Positions 23,018 through 33,565 of a DNA stretch of 64,000 nucleotides are shown piece after piece. A program made the translations under genes and the position numbers. The notes beneath the pieces were generated by a model, which did not search any database, was not told the DNA's origin, and saw nothing but the letters and a program-made list of their open reading frames with translations. Source of the DNA: an uncultured Alphaproteobacteria bacterium. GTDB taxonomy: Bacteria; Pseudomonadota; Alphaproteobacteria; HIMB59. Numbering within the stretch: position 1 is the first letter of the stretch; each line of letters starts with the position of its first letter. The stretch spans positions 90,682 through 154,681 of the forward strand of contig CACIPV010000001.1 in the NCBI GenBank assembly GCA_902588615.1. Direction: 5' to 3'.

Positions 23018-24336
23018 GTTGTGCCATTTATGGTGTCTTCTAAAACAATCCCTTGTTTCAATAACTCATCTCTAATTTTATCTGCTAGTTCAAAGTCTTT
23101 ATTTTTTTTAGCATCTTGTCGGCGGGATATCATATTTTCAATAAATTCTTTATCAAGGTTTAAATCTGTTTTATTAAAACTAGGATTTAATCCTAGTAAG
23201 CTTAAACCATTATTAAAATGAGCTAATAAATCATCATTATTCTTGTCTTTTTTAATGTTAGCTATTATTTGCTGTAATCTCATCAGTGCTTTTGGGGTAT
23301 TTAGGTCGTCTAAAAGTGCATTAACAAATTCTGAGTCTAATTCTTTGCTATCAACCTCTTTAATATGTTCTCTCCACTTGTTAATGATGTTTTCACTATA
23401 ACTTATAAGATTGTTTGAAAAATCAAGTGGTTGACGATAATGAGTAGTCAGTAGTGAATATTTGAGAACAGCAGGATCGTGTTTAGATAATAAATCATTA
23501 ACAATTGAGGTATTTCCTGAAGATTTTGACATTTTTTCACCCTTAAAATTTATAAATCCATTATGGAGCCAAAAGTTCGACATTTTTTTATCATGACAAC
23601 ATGTTGACTGAGCAATTTCATTCTCATGATGTGGAAAAATAAGATCAATACCGCCCGCATGGATATCAATGGTTTCTCCAAGTAATTCTGAAATCATAGC
23701 TGAACACTCTATGTGCCATCCAGGTCTGCCATTACCCCATGGGCTATCCCAATGAGGTTCATTTGTTTTTGATGGTTTCCAAAGGACAAAATCTTCAGGA
23801 TTTTTTTTGTAATCGGCAACTTCTACTCTTGCACCAGATATTATGTCTTTTAATGAGAACTTAGAGAGAGAACCATAACCCTTAAATTTCTTTGCTTCAA
23901 ATAAAACATGTCCTTCAGATACATAGGCATATTTTTTTTCAATAAGAGATGTGATCATCTCAATCATTTTTGAAATATAATCTGTGGCTTTTGGTTCATG
24001 TGTTGGAGATAATATTGATAAAGAACTTAGATTTTGTTGATATATTTTTTGAGTAGAATGTACCAACTCATCAGTTGATATTTTAAGTTCATTGGCTTTA
24101 TCTATAATTTTATCATCAATGTCTGTTATATTTCTGACGTAACGTACACTATCCTCTCCAAAAATTAGTCTTAGGACTCTAAATAAGATATCAAAAACTA
24201 TAATTGGTCTGAAGTTTCCTATATGAGGATTACTGTAAAGGGTGGGTCCACAAGCATACATCTTAACTGCAGATGAGTTAATAGGTATAAGTTTTTCTTT
24301 TTTTTTGGTTAAAGTGTTAAAAAGATTAATATTCAT
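23002..24336 (-). CDS. cysS: Cysteine--tRNA ligase
   Basis: CGPT..HIGN, GRPGWHIECSAM, FPHHENE, KMSKS. Confidence 0.97.
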   Translation of the reverse strand: MNINLFNTLTKKKEKLIPINSSAVKMYACGPTLYSNPHIGNFRPIIVFDILFRVLRLIFGEDSVRYVRNITDIDDKIIDKANELKISTDELVHSTQKIYQQNLSSLSILSPTHEPKATDYISKMIEMITSLIEKKYAYVSEGHVLFEAKKFKGYGSLSKFSLKDIISGARVEVADYKKNPEDFVLWKPSKTNEPHWDSPWGNGRPGWHIECSAMISELLGETIDIHAGGIDLIFPHHENEIAQSTCCHDKKMSNFWLHNGFINFKGEKMSKSSGNTSIVNDLLSKHDPAVLKYSLLTTHYRQPLDFSNNLISYSENIINKWREHIKEVDSKELDSEFVNALLDDLNTPKALMRLQQIIANIKKDKNNDDLLAHFNNGLSLLGLNPSFNKTDLNLDKEFIENMISRRQDAKKNKDFELADKIRDELLKQGIVLEDTINGTTWKKN

Positions 24337-25657
24337 TTAAAATTTTTTTTAAACCTTCATGGCCAAAATAATTATATAGGTCTTTAACAGATGGGCCATT
24401 TTGATTACCTGTAAGTATATAACGTGTATTAGTAAATATTTCTTTTTTTGATAGTGATTTATCAACGCTCATTAAGTAATTGACATATTCATCAAAACTA
24501 AAATTTGAAATACCATTCAAATTTTTAATCAAAAGTTTGATAAAGTCACCTGAGGGTTGAATTTTAATTTCTCTTCTATTAATAATATTCCATAAATTTC
24601 TTATATCTTCATATTTTTCAACATTTTCTTTAATAAGTTCCCACTCAGTTTCAGTTAAAGCTAACTCTTCTAGCTCAGGGAATTCATTATTTAAACCTTT
24701 TAAATTCATTGACCTTAATGAATTTTTTTGAAAAAAGTCAATTTTATGAATATCAATTTTTGGTAGGTTTTTAGAAATATCCTCTAAATTAAAATCTCTA
24801 AAATTATTCTCTAATATGGTTTCAAAATCATAATCTGAGTTTAAACCAAGTGAATACAAATAAGATAGAATACTGTTAACTGTATATCCACTGTTTCTAA
24901 ATTGCTTAAGTGAAATTGAGTCCAGATTTCTCTTACTTAGTTTTGTTCCATCCTCATTAAGCATTAATGGATTGTGACCTAATGAAGGTAAATCAGAATT
25001 TAAACATTTAAATAATTCTAAATGAATTGCTGAATTAGTTAAGTGGTCTTCGCCTCTAATAATGTGAGAAATTTTCATATCTATATCATCGACGACACTT
25101 GGAAAATGGTAGAGGTAGCTACCATCAGCCCTTCTTAAAACAGGATCTGATTGAGAAGCTAGATCTACTTCGGTCTCTCCTTTTACTAAATCATTCCATT
25201 TAATTTTAGTCTGTGAAAGCTTAAATCTCCAATAAGGCTGATTACCATTAATTATTTTTTTTTCAATTTCTTCTTTAGATAAATTTAATGAGGATCTATC
25301 ATAGATTGGAGGTTTTCCTGCTTTTAACTGCAACTTTTTTTTTATATCTAAATCCTCACTTGACTCAAAACATGGGTAAACAAATTTTAAAGAAATTAAT
25401 TGATCGAAAAGTTCATTATATCTCTCAATTCTTTTACTTTGATAAAAAGTTTCATCATATTTTATTTTTAACCAATCAAGATCAGATGCTATGGACTTTA
25501 CATATTCATCTTTGCTTCTCTCTTGGTCAGTGTCGTCATATCTAAGAATAAATTTACCATTATTTTTTTTCGAATATGCCCAATTTAAAAAGCAAGATCT
25601 TATATTTCCTAAGTGCAGGTGACCAGTTGGGCTCGGGGCAAAACGTGTAATTATCAT
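24326..25657 (-). CDS. gltX: Glutamate--tRNA ligase (cysS-linked paralog type)
   Basis: RFAPSPTG.LHLGN, RGEDH, KLSKR. Confidence 0.93.
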   Translation of the reverse strand: MIITRFAPSPTGHLHLGNIRSCFLNWAYSKKNNGKFILRYDDTDQERSKDEYVKSIASDLDWLKIKYDETFYQSKRIERYNELFDQLISLKFVYPCFESSEDLDIKKKLQLKAGKPPIYDRSSLNLSKEEIEKKIINGNQPYWRFKLSQTKIKWNDLVKGETEVDLASQSDPVLRRADGSYLYHFPSVVDDIDMKISHIIRGEDHLTNSAIHLELFKCLNSDLPSLGHNPLMLNEDGTKLSKRNLDSISLKQFRNSGYTVNSILSYLYSLGLNSDYDFETILENNFRDFNLEDISKNLPKIDIHKIDFFQKNSLRSMNLKGLNNEFPELEELALTETEWELIKENVEKYEDIRNLWNIINRREIKIQPSGDFIKLLIKNLNGISNFSFDEYVNYLMSVDKSLSKKEIFTNTRYILTGNQNGPSVKDLYNYFGHEGLKKILNEY

Positions 25658-26781
25658 TTAACTTTTTTTAAGAGGTATTCTCTTGAAACTTTTACTCTAG
25701 AAGAATTACCATATTTTATAATATCAGCAGTTGCATATGTTTCTGACCACTTTTCTGGTAGATAACTTCCAGTTCCTATGACATCTATTGGAGCTTTGGC
25801 TAAAGACATTGCCTTGCATTTCTCATTTGTAAATCCGCTAGATGCAATAATTTTTACTTTTTTAAAACCAAAATTATCAAGTTGTGCTCTCAAATACCAC
25901 AAAGATGCAGCAGAGACTCCAGGCCCAACTAAGTGTTTTAACTCTTTGTCAGATCTGTATTCTTTGATTGAACCGGGTGCGTGTTTTTCTAAGACCTCAT
26001 ATGATTTTGAGGTATCAAGATTCTCAATAAATCTTCCATTTGGGGTATCAAGTCTTATCATTACTTTTCCAGCTTTAGACAACTTATCGAAGTGGCTACA
26101 AACTTGAATAGAGTCAGTAATTTCCTTACCGAAATAATCAGGCAATACAACTAAATCATCTTTTGGAAATGTTTCATGAAACATTTTTACTGCCTCAAGA
26201 GTAGATCCTGCATATCCTATTAATGCATGTGGCATCGTTCCTAATGCTTTATTAGATTGAAAATAATGTGATGTTGCATCTATCGATGTTCCAATAAAGC
26301 CTTTAGCTTTTTTTCTTTTTGCTGATTTTGATCCTACTGATGCCGCATATGACATTAATTCAGACATCTCTGTACCTGCACAATGTCTTGCATCCATAGC
26401 TATAAAGAACGTTTTAGGCAAGTCTAAACACATTTGATATGCATTAGCTGCTGCTATACAAGCTGGACCAATTTTTTGTAAGAGTAAAGTTTCCAAATCG
26501 ACTATATGTTTAAAAGATCCCCTAATATAAAGAATTGGTTCTCCAGCACCAAAATGGTCACCCTCTTTGAATGGGCTAGAAGTTGATACTTTAATACCTC
26601 TGTCTTTTGAAATTTGTTTTATCCAATTTATTGCTAGTTTTAATGCTATAACACCTGGTCTACGAATAAAAACAGCATAAGTAACTTTTATGTCTCCATA
26701 CTTTTGGATAATTTTTTTTGTTTTTAAAAAATAATTATCAGTAAAATTATTAATTAAATTTGAATTTGTTTTTTTATTCAT
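25654..26781 (-). CDS. Nicotinate phosphoribosyltransferase family protein
   Basis: TDNYF, GTMPHALI, IRLDTP, IIASSGF, GTGS. Confidence 0.8.
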   Translation of the reverse strand: MNKKTNSNLINNFTDNYFLKTKKIIQKYGDIKVTYAVFIRRPGVIALKLAINWIKQISKDRGIKVSTSSPFKEGDHFGAGEPILYIRGSFKHIVDLETLLLQKIGPACIAAANAYQMCLDLPKTFFIAMDARHCAGTEMSELMSYAASVGSKSAKRKKAKGFIGTSIDATSHYFQSNKALGTMPHALIGYAGSTLEAVKMFHETFPKDDLVVLPDYFGKEITDSIQVCSHFDKLSKAGKVMIRLDTPNGRFIENLDTSKSYEVLEKHAPGSIKEYRSDKELKHLVGPGVSAASLWYLRAQLDNFGFKKVKIIASSGFTNEKCKAMSLAKAPIDVIGTGSYLPEKWSETYATADIIKYGNSSRVKVSREYLLKKVK

Positions 26782-26795
26782 TATGAATAAGAAAA

Positions 26796-28145
26796 CTAAT
26801 TCATTTCGCCATTAGATAATAAATCAGCCAGAAGAAAAGATAGCTCTAATGATTGATTAACATTTAGTCTTGGGTCACAAAACGTATGATACCTATCACC
26901 TAAATTTTCATCTTTAATATCATCAGGCCCACCGACACATTCAGTTACATCTACACCTGTTAATTCAAGGTGAACGCCTCCTGCGACTGAACCCTCTGAT
27001 TTATGAATTTCAAAAAAAGACTGAATTTCTTTAAAAATATTCTCAGTAGCTCTCGTTTTATAGCCAGATTTACTTGTAGATGTATTTCCATGCATAGGAT
27101 CACATATCCATGTAAGATTAAGACCGAGTTTATTAATTTCTTTCAATAAATCAGGGTATTTTGAATTAATTTTATCTGCTCCCATTCTAACAATAAGTGT
27201 AAGTCTTCCACCTTCATTTTCAGGATTCAGTATCTCAATATTTTTTTTTAAATCATCAATGGTTGTAGATGGTCCTACTTTAAGACCTAAAGGGTTTTTT
27301 ATACCACTTAAATAGTGTATGTGAGCACCATTAGGATCTCTAGTTCTATCACCAACCCACAAAAAATGAGAATTTACATTGTACCACTCACCTGTAGTGC
27401 TATCTATTCTGGTAAAAGCTTGTTCATAAGGTAAAAGAAGTGCTTCATGGCTTGTGTAAAAATCTGTCTCTCTTAGTTCTCTTGTATTTTTTTCATTTAC
27501 ACCACAAGCATTCATAAATTTTATACTTTCTGCAATTTTTTCAGATAATTCTTTAAATTTTTTTGTTGTATCAAAGTTATCTGCAAAATCTAAATTCCAT
27601 TTATTTAATTGTGTTAAACTAGCAAAACCTCCTTGAGCAAAAGCTCTTAATAAATTTAAAGTTGAAGCTGAATGGTTATAAGCTCTGATCATTCTTTTAG
27701 GGTCTGGTTCTCTAGAGGACTCGTTAAACTCAAATGAATTGATGATATCTCCTCTATAACTAGGTAGCTTTTGACCGTTTTTTTCTTCAAAGTCTGAGCT
27801 TCTTGGTTTAGCAAATTGTCCGCCCATTCTCCCTAGTTTAACGACTGGTTTATTAGTGGCAAAAGTCAAAACAACAGACATTTGCAATAGTAATTTAAAA
27901 TTATCTCGAATTGTATTGGGATTTAATTCCTGAAAGCTCTCAGCACAGTCACCCCCTTGTAAATAAAAGGACTCTCCTTTTTGAACTTGATAAATTTGTG
28001 ATTTTAGAGACCTAGTCTCACCAGCAAATATTAAAGGAGGCATAGAGGATAATTCTTCAATTACAGAGTCTAACTTACCTTGATCAGCGTAAGCAGGCAT
28101 TTGCTTTGCTTCAAAGTTCTTCCAACTATCTTTAGTCCATTTCAT
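26796..28145 (-). CDS. Class II DAHP synthase
   Basis: QGGDCAESF, GQFAKPRS, DPMHGNT, CDPRLN. Confidence 0.96.
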   Translation of the reverse strand: MKWTKDSWKNFEAKQMPAYADQGKLDSVIEELSSMPPLIFAGETRSLKSQIYQVQKGESFYLQGGDCAESFQELNPNTIRDNFKLLLQMSVVLTFATNKPVVKLGRMGGQFAKPRSSDFEEKNGQKLPSYRGDIINSFEFNESSREPDPKRMIRAYNHSASTLNLLRAFAQGGFASLTQLNKWNLDFADNFDTTKKFKELSEKIAESIKFMNACGVNEKNTRELRETDFYTSHEALLLPYEQAFTRIDSTTGEWYNVNSHFLWVGDRTRDPNGAHIHYLSGIKNPLGLKVGPSTTIDDLKKNIEILNPENEGGRLTLIVRMGADKINSKYPDLLKEINKLGLNLTWICDPMHGNTSTSKSGYKTRATENIFKEIQSFFEIHKSEGSVAGGVHLELTGVDVTECVGGPDDIKDENLGDRYHTFCDPRLNVNQSLELSFLLADLLSNGEMN

Positions 28146-28186
28146 GAGGCAAGGATTATATTGTTAAATGTATTAAATAAAAGAAA

Positions 28187-29464
28187 TTATTGGGTTTTAG
28201 ATTTAAAAGGCCAAATTTTGGGTAGCTTTAATTTAGGTAATGATGGCTCATAACCTGTAGCGTAAAAATTATCTATGCTGGATTGTTTATTATCTGAATA
28301 CTTTGAATCAATATCTTCATGATTGATAATTCCGATATTATCAACGATATCTACTGTGGTGATTAGGCCATGATTGTCTGTAATGTAATAGCATTTATCT
28401 AAATTTAAATAATCATATGAGCTTTTACTGATTTGATAAGAATTTTTATTAGAACCATCAGATAGAAAAATAAAATTTTTTATGTTTTTTATTCTATATT
28501 TGTTTGAAAGAATGTATGTATCGTCATCCTTGAGTATCTCATGAATATACTTTTTATTACTTAGTTTTAAATTAGGGAAAAAAGTTCCTTTTGATAAGTA
28601 ACTTGGATATTGATTGTCATCAATAATATTAGAGAAGAAATTATTTTGTTTGTTAAAATTATTATTAATTTCTAATACTTGATTAGAAAATATGTAAGAT
28701 TTATTAAACCTAAGTAAAAATTTAAATATGAATAAAGATATAAACTTAGGGAAAAAATTATAAAAATTAAAAAAAAGAATGTTAATATAGTAATTGTTAT
28801 TATTGCTAGAATTATACGTATTCTTAGTGTCTAAAGTATTTAAGCTTAACAGATTAACTATTTCAAAACATATTCCCAAATAAGATTTATTTTTGATTGT
28901 AATCTCTTTGGTATAATTATTTTTAGAGTAATAAATAGATAAACTAGTTGGGACTTTGATTTTAATAAGATCACTCTCTTGAATTTTTTTATTAGCAATT
29001 TTCTTAATATATTTTTTTAAAAGGGATATATTCTCAGAAAAAAAGTGTATTGTGCTGCTATTTGGAAAAACAATATTTATTTTTTTAAATTTTAAATTAG
29101 TAAAAATTGATGAGCAGTATTTGTGTTGAATCTCATTAATTTCAAATCTATAAATAGTTTTATAATCTGTTGTTTCGATTTTAATATCTGGATTATTATC
29201 TTTAATAGTGTAGCCATTATCATTAATTAAATAAGATATTTGTTCTCCTGTAATAGGTTCTCTTGTAAATAACTTAGATTTATTGATTATTCCATATGTG
29301 TCTAAAGGCACTGAATTAAATGTATTTGATTTCAATTTATCCTCAGGAAAAAAAATAGTTTGTTTAAAATTAGCTTTTTCAATATTTGAAGAAAGCTGTG
29401 GTTTGATACTAAACCGAGCGTCAATCACACTAGCTAAAATCTCATTATCAACTTCGATATTCAT
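28187..29464 (-). CDS. Hypothetical protein, N/K/I-rich
   Basis: 425-aa open frame co-oriented with glmS; faint resemblance to flavoprotein monooxygenase layout. Confidence 0.65.
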   Translation of the reverse strand: MNIEVDNEILASVIDARFSIKPQLSSNIEKANFKQTIFFPEDKLKSNTFNSVPLDTYGIINKSKLFTREPITGEQISYLINDNGYTIKDNNPDIKIETTDYKTIYRFEINEIQHKYCSSIFTNLKFKKINIVFPNSSTIHFFSENISLLKKYIKKIANKKIQESDLIKIKVPTSLSIYYSKNNYTKEITIKNKSYLGICFEIVNLLSLNTLDTKNTYNSSNNNNYYINILFFNFYNFFPKFISLFIFKFLLRFNKSYIFSNQVLEINNNFNKQNNFFSNIIDDNQYPSYLSKGTFFPNLKLSNKKYIHEILKDDDTYILSNKYRIKNIKNFIFLSDGSNKNSYQISKSSYDYLNLDKCYYITDNHGLITTVDIVDNIGIINHEDIDSKYSDNKQSSIDNFYATGYEPSLPKLKLPKIWPFKSKTQ

Positions 29465-29481
29465 ATTAAATAGTATTCAAT

Positions 29482-31278
29482 TTATTCAACGGTAACTGAT
29501 TTAGCGAGATTCCTTGGTTGATCAATATCAGTACCTTCATTAAGAGCAAAATAATATGAAATGAGTTGAAGAGGAATAGTATAAATGAGAGGTGTGTCAA
29601 TAAAGTTTTCTTTGGGTAGGCTTACATTATGTGTGTTTAATGATTTTCTGTGAATTTTAACACTCGATAAAATTATAACCTTACCATTTCTAGCAGCGAT
29701 TTCCTCAGCATTAGAAATAGATTTCTCATATAGTTCGTTGTTTGGCGATAAGCAAATTGTTAAAGATTTTTTATCGATCAATGCAATTGGGCCATGTTTC
29801 ATCTCTCCTCCAGGAAAGCCTTCGCTATGCATGTAAGATATCTCTTTTAATTTCAAGGACCCCTCTAATGCTATTGGGTATACAATATTCCTTCCAATAA
29901 AATAACAAGTATCAGATTGGCTTAATTTTTTTGCAATTTTTTTCGCCTCTGGTGTAAAATCTTTTATTAATTTTTTCAGCTTTATTGGTAATGACTTTAG
30001 AATTGCTAAATTCTTATTATAATCTTTTTTCGATATGGAATTTGTCATTTTACCAATTTCAATAGAAAGATTGGCTAAGCTCAATATTTGACAAGTAAAA
30101 GCTTTAGTTGAGGCTACACCAACTTCTTTATCAGCATAAGTAGGTATAGTTACATCAGCCTCCCTTACCATACTACTCTGTAAAGAATTAGTTATAACTA
30201 TAGAGGAATGTTTGTTTTTTTTGATATATTTTAAAGCCATCAAGGTATCCATGGTTTCACCAGATTGTGAAATAAAAATAAATAAAATTTTTTCGTCTTT
30301 ATTTATTTTTTTATATCTAAGCTCGGAAGCTAATTCTGACGAAGTATCTATATTTGTATATTTATTAAAGTAATACTCACCAACTAAACAGGCATGGTAA
30401 GCAGTACCACATCCAACAAATATTATTTTTTTGTTTAAAATTAAATTTTTAAATTTGCTTTCAAAATCATTAAAAAATTCTTGTACATAATTTTTTTGAG
30501 TATTTTTTATAACTTCAGGCTGCTCATGAATCTCTTTCAACATATAATGTTGATATTTTCCTTTATCATATGGGTTTTGTTTAATTTCATTTTTTTCAAA
30601 GAGTATTTTAGCTTTATTTAAACTAGATATTTTAGACTGCTGAATTTTAATAATATCACCATCTTTAAGATGATAAATCTTATCACTATAATCAGATAAA
30701 ATAGATGAATCTGAGCATATGTAAGAGGAGTTTCTATTATGTGATAAGGCGATTGGACTGCCATTTTTTAATAAGTAAAAACAATTATTTTTTTTTATAA
30801 ATATAACAAAGGCGTAGTTTCCTTTAATTACACTTTTAAATACTCTAATAGCTTCATCTGAATTTTTATATTTATTGACTAAATAGGTGAGAAAGTAAAA
30901 ACTGATTTCAGTATCTGATTGAATATTTTTAGGAATTTCTACAAATCGATTTTGAATTTTTCTATAGTTTTCAATTATACCATTACAAACTAAAGTAAGA
31001 TCATCATTTGCAAATGGATGAGCATTATTTTTGCTAACAACTCCATGTGTTGCCCATCTTGTATGACCTATCACACCATAAAAATTTTTATCTGATACAT
31101 TTTGAGCTTTATTTTTTAGTTCTGATATTTTGCCGACACTTTTAATGGTTTTTATTCGTTCTTTTGAAAACAAGGAAATGCCAGCAGAGTCATACCCTCT
31201 ATATTCCAGCTTTTTTAAAATATCTATAGAGTTATTCTTTAAATAAGACGAATTTAAGATACCAACTATACCGCACAT
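29482..31278 (-). CDS. glmS: Glutamine--fructose-6-phosphate aminotransferase
   Basis: MCGIVG, LEYRGYDSAG, GHTRWATHG, SQSGET, PRNLAKSVTVE. Confidence 0.97.
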   Translation of the reverse strand: MCGIVGILNSSYLKNNSIDILKKLEYRGYDSAGISLFSKERIKTIKSVGKISELKNKAQNVSDKNFYGVIGHTRWATHGVVSKNNAHPFANDDLTLVCNGIIENYRKIQNRFVEIPKNIQSDTEISFYFLTYLVNKYKNSDEAIRVFKSVIKGNYAFVIFIKKNNCFYLLKNGSPIALSHNRNSSYICSDSSILSDYSDKIYHLKDGDIIKIQQSKISSLNKAKILFEKNEIKQNPYDKGKYQHYMLKEIHEQPEVIKNTQKNYVQEFFNDFESKFKNLILNKKIIFVGCGTAYHACLVGEYYFNKYTNIDTSSELASELRYKKINKDEKILFIFISQSGETMDTLMALKYIKKNKHSSIVITNSLQSSMVREADVTIPTYADKEVGVASTKAFTCQILSLANLSIEIGKMTNSISKKDYNKNLAILKSLPIKLKKLIKDFTPEAKKIAKKLSQSDTCYFIGRNIVYPIALEGSLKLKEISYMHSEGFPGGEMKHGPIALIDKKSLTICLSPNNELYEKSISNAEEIAARNGKVIILSSVKIHRKSLNTHNVSLPKENFIDTPLIYTIPLQLISYYFALNEGTDIDQPRNLAKSVTVE

Positions 31279-32561
31279 TATTTTTTATTATTAATTTTAT
31301 TTTTCTGTTTTGATCTGGCTATTGAAAAATGATTATTTGGTATTGATTTAGTAATTACAGATCCTGCAGCTATGTATGCTTTATTGCCTATATTAACAGG
31401 TGCAATAATAGAAGAATTTGAGCCAATAAAGGTATTATTACCTATTTTGCATTTCAGCTTATTTTTTCCATCATAATTACAAGTAATAGTTCCAGCCCCA
31501 ATATTACTATTTGCTCCTATAGATGAGTCTCCGATATAACTTAAATGATTTACTTTTACTCCTTTTGATAATTTTGATTTTTTAATCTCAACAAAATTAC
31601 CAATTCTTACCTCATCTGCCATAATAACCTCAGGTCTTATTCTTGCATAAGGGCCGATGGAGCAGTTATTACCTATTGTGGAGTTTTCAATATAAGAAAA
31701 GGACTTAATAATAGAATTACTTTTGATGTTTACATTTTTTTTTATAACAACATGTGGCTCAATTACTACTCCCGGTGCGATACTAACATTACTCTCTATA
31801 TAAACCGTATCAGGTTGAATAATTCTAACACCACTATCTATTAATTTTTTCTTTATAAAATCTTGAGATAATCTTTCTAATTTATTAAGTTCATTTAAGG
31901 TGTTAGCACCTGATATCACTGTTGCTTTATTTAAAAAAGTAGTCATTTTAAGTTTTTTATTTAAACAGACATTTACTAAATCAGTAATGTAAAATTCATT
32001 CTTATTTTCATTTTTTTTTATTAATTTTAAATTTAATGCGGCTTTTTTTGAAATTAAAAATATGCCAGTATTTATCTCATTGATTAATTTCTCTTCGTTT
32101 GAACATTCATTTTCTTCAATAATACTAATTAATAAATTATTTTTTTTAATTATTCTTCCATATCCTTTTGGGTTTTTTACATTTTGTGTAAGAACTGATA
32201 AGTCATCATCATTCTTTACACCTTTTGAAACAAAATCAGAGAGTATTTTATAATCGAAAATAGGTGTATCTGCTAAGGTCAATAAAAAATAATCAAATTT
32301 ATTATTGTATTTATAAAATTGTTTAAAAGCTCCACCAGTACCGTCTATTGGATTTTGAATAAATACCTTTTCATGAATGAAATATTTTTTATTAGCTTTA
32401 CTTGAAATAATAAAAGTTTTTTTTACTTGTTTAATTTTATTTAGTGCATCTAAATTATACTGTATTAACTCTTTACCAGATATTTCATGAAGAAATTTTG
32501 GTTTAGATGATTTAAATCTTTTGCTCTTTCCAGCAGAAAGAATAATGGCGCATATATTCAT
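31278..32561 (-). CDS. glmU: UDP-GlcNAc pyrophosphorylase / GlcN-1-P acetyltransferase
   Basis: GYGRI, EFYITD, GPYARIRP, HLSYIGD, GAGTITCNYDG. Confidence 0.94.
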   Translation of the reverse strand: MNICAIILSAGKSKRFKSSKPKFLHEISGKELIQYNLDALNKIKQVKKTFIISSKANKKYFIHEKVFIQNPIDGTGGAFKQFYKYNNKFDYFLLTLADTPIFDYKILSDFVSKGVKNDDDLSVLTQNVKNPKGYGRIIKKNNLLISIIEENECSNEEKLINEINTGIFLISKKAALNLKLIKKNENKNEFYITDLVNVCLNKKLKMTTFLNKATVISGANTLNELNKLERLSQDFIKKKLIDSGVRIIQPDTVYIESNVSIAPGVVIEPHVVIKKNVNIKSNSIIKSFSYIENSTIGNNCSIGPYARIRPEVIMADEVRIGNFVEIKKSKLSKGVKVNHLSYIGDSSIGANSNIGAGTITCNYDGKNKLKCKIGNNTFIGSNSSIIAPVNIGNKAYIAAGSVITKSIPNNHFSIARSKQKNKINNKK

Positions 32562-32626
32562 AAAGTTGTAAAATAATATTAATTAATCTTAACTTAATAC
32601 TAAAAATATATCTAATTATGTAAATT

Positions 32627-33565
32627 ATGCCCATTATCGTTAAATCAAATTTATCAAAGCAACTTTCACGTTTCTTAAAGTCTAAACTATTAAAAGATGA
32701 ATTAGTAGTTTTGCCAACAGAAACTGTTTATGGGCTAGCTGGTTTAGGAACCAATATTAAAGCAGCAAAAAAAATTTTCTTATTAAAAAAAAGACCATTG
32801 AAAAAAAAACTAATATTTCATTGTTCAAGTTTAAAAATGGTAGATAAATTTTTTAATTTAGATAATGAAAATTTAATTTTAGCTAAAGAATTTTGGCCTG
32901 GGCCTCTTACTCTTGTTTTACAAAGGAAGTCTCTCGAAATACCCAAATCTCTTACATTAAATAATGAGTGTGCTGTAAGAGTTCCAAATAATAAATTTAC
33001 ATTAAATTTAATTAATAAAGTAGGAAAGCCCCTTGTAATGCCTTCAGCAAACAAGTTTAAACAACTAAGCCCAATCAACAGTGAAATGGTGTTTCAGCAA
33101 TTTATTGAGACAAATTTATTAATTGTAGATGATGGAAAATGTAAAGTTGGTATCGAGTCTACTTTAATTAAAATATCTGATAACAAATTGAATATAATAA
33201 GACCAGGGATGATATCATTAGAAAATGTAAAAAAAATACTACCCTATATGTTTATTAGTAAATATAACAAAAATTTAAGTTTTCCTGGAACTTCAAAAAA
33301 ACATTATTCTCCGAAGAAGAAAATATTTTTAAATGTCAAAAATGCTAAAAAAAAATCTGCATATATAAACTTTGGAGCAAATAAGAAAGATCAATTCAAA
33401 AATTTAAGTAAGAGTAGAAATTTAATTGAAGCTGCCAAAAATCTTTATCATTTTATTTTTTTAGCAGATAACGACAACCAATATAAAAATATAAGTATAG
33501 CACCTATTCCTTATAAGAAAATAGGAATCGCGATAAATGATAGATTACGAAGAGCGTCTAAATGA
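32627..33565 (+). CDS. tsaC: Threonylcarbamoyl-AMP synthase (Sua5 type)
   Basis: PTETVYGL, FWPGPLT, PSAN, GIEST, AINDRLRRAS. Confidence 0.93.
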   Translation: MPIIVKSNLSKQLSRFLKSKLLKDELVVLPTETVYGLAGLGTNIKAAKKIFLLKKRPLKKKLIFHCSSLKMVDKFFNLDNENLILAKEFWPGPLTLVLQRKSLEIPKSLTLNNECAVRVPNNKFTLNLINKVGKPLVMPSANKFKQLSPINSEMVFQQFIETNLLIVDDGKCKVGIESTLIKISDNKLNIIRPGMISLENVKKILPYMFISKYNKNLSFPGTSKKHYSPKKKIFLNVKNAKKKSAYINFGANKKDQFKNLSKSRNLIEAAKNLYHFIFLADNDNQYKNISIAPIPYKKIGIAINDRLRRASK

